Virus record (IMG/VR): IMGVR_UViG_3300033076_001557
Coordinates: 1 to 34,101 of that record
Direction: 5' to 3' (one strand)
Origin: a virus
Taxonomy: Duplodnaviria; Caudoviricetes
Length of the DNA stretch: 34,101 bases
Shown here: positions 34,088 through 34,101 of the stretch, one piece after another
Position numbering within the stretch: the first letter of the stretch is position 1
How the letters are laid out: every line of letters begins with the position of its first letter
Program-made: the position numbers and the translations under genes
The notes under the pieces: generated by a model
What the model saw: only the letters and a program-made list of their open reading frames with translations
Database searches by the model: none
What the model was told of the DNA's origin: nothing

Positions 34088-34101
34088 ACACTTATAGCTC
34101 C
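34011..34101 (+). repeat. Terminal direct repeat, right copy
   Basis: Matches 1-91 with one mismatch. Confidence 0.97.

Larger units (their letters stand above)
1..34101. mobile_element. Complete circularised tailed-phage genome (podovirus-like), candidate phage-plasmid
   Basis: Terminase, portal, scaffold, capsid and tail genes plus a recombination/replication operon; no host housekeeping genes; terminal overlap joins the last ORF to the first in one operon; no tape-measure or sheath gene recognised. Confidence 0.93.

Noticed and set aside
33800-34101. Diversity-generating retroelement suggested by the A/G mismatch in a fibre C-terminus
   Set aside because: No reverse transcriptase, and I found no separate template repeat; the two copies are the circular overlap and differ at one site only

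Overview
The window is an apparently complete, circularly closed genome (about 34,010 bp; 91-bp terminal overlap with one mismatch) of a short-tailed (podovirus-like) dsDNA phage. The + strand late module starts at about 20.7 kb and continues across the junction to 9.07 kb. It encodes small and large terminase, a P22-like portal, scaffold, an N4-gp56-like major capsid, FCCH-like decoration proteins, adaptor and nozzle, ejection proteins and several fibre/spike proteins. The - strand early operon (19.8 to 13.7 kb) encodes an RHH regulator, Bet, a YqaJ exonuclease, two paralogous wHTH initiator domains, a DnaC-like loader, an SSB-like protein and a RusA-like resolvase. An accessory region (9.2-13.7 kb) carries a Tn21-type serine resolvase, a three-subsite res-like sequence and small membrane/toxin-like genes. 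I recognise no integrase, CI-type repressor, endolysin, tRNA, CRISPR array or reverse transcriptase. The most interesting signals are: (i) a candidate plasmid-prophage maintenance system of res site, resolvase, duplicated initiator and two different repeat arrays; (ii) an approximately 200-nt multi-hairpin RNA with its own promoter and terminator, transcribed against the early operon; (iii) a stand-alone RNAP alpha-CTD-like gene inverted inside the late operon; and (iv) a structured capsid leader that buries the RBS. A host among intracellular bacteria such as environmental Chlamydiota is a tentative inference only. All family assignments are by eye from motifs; no searches were run.
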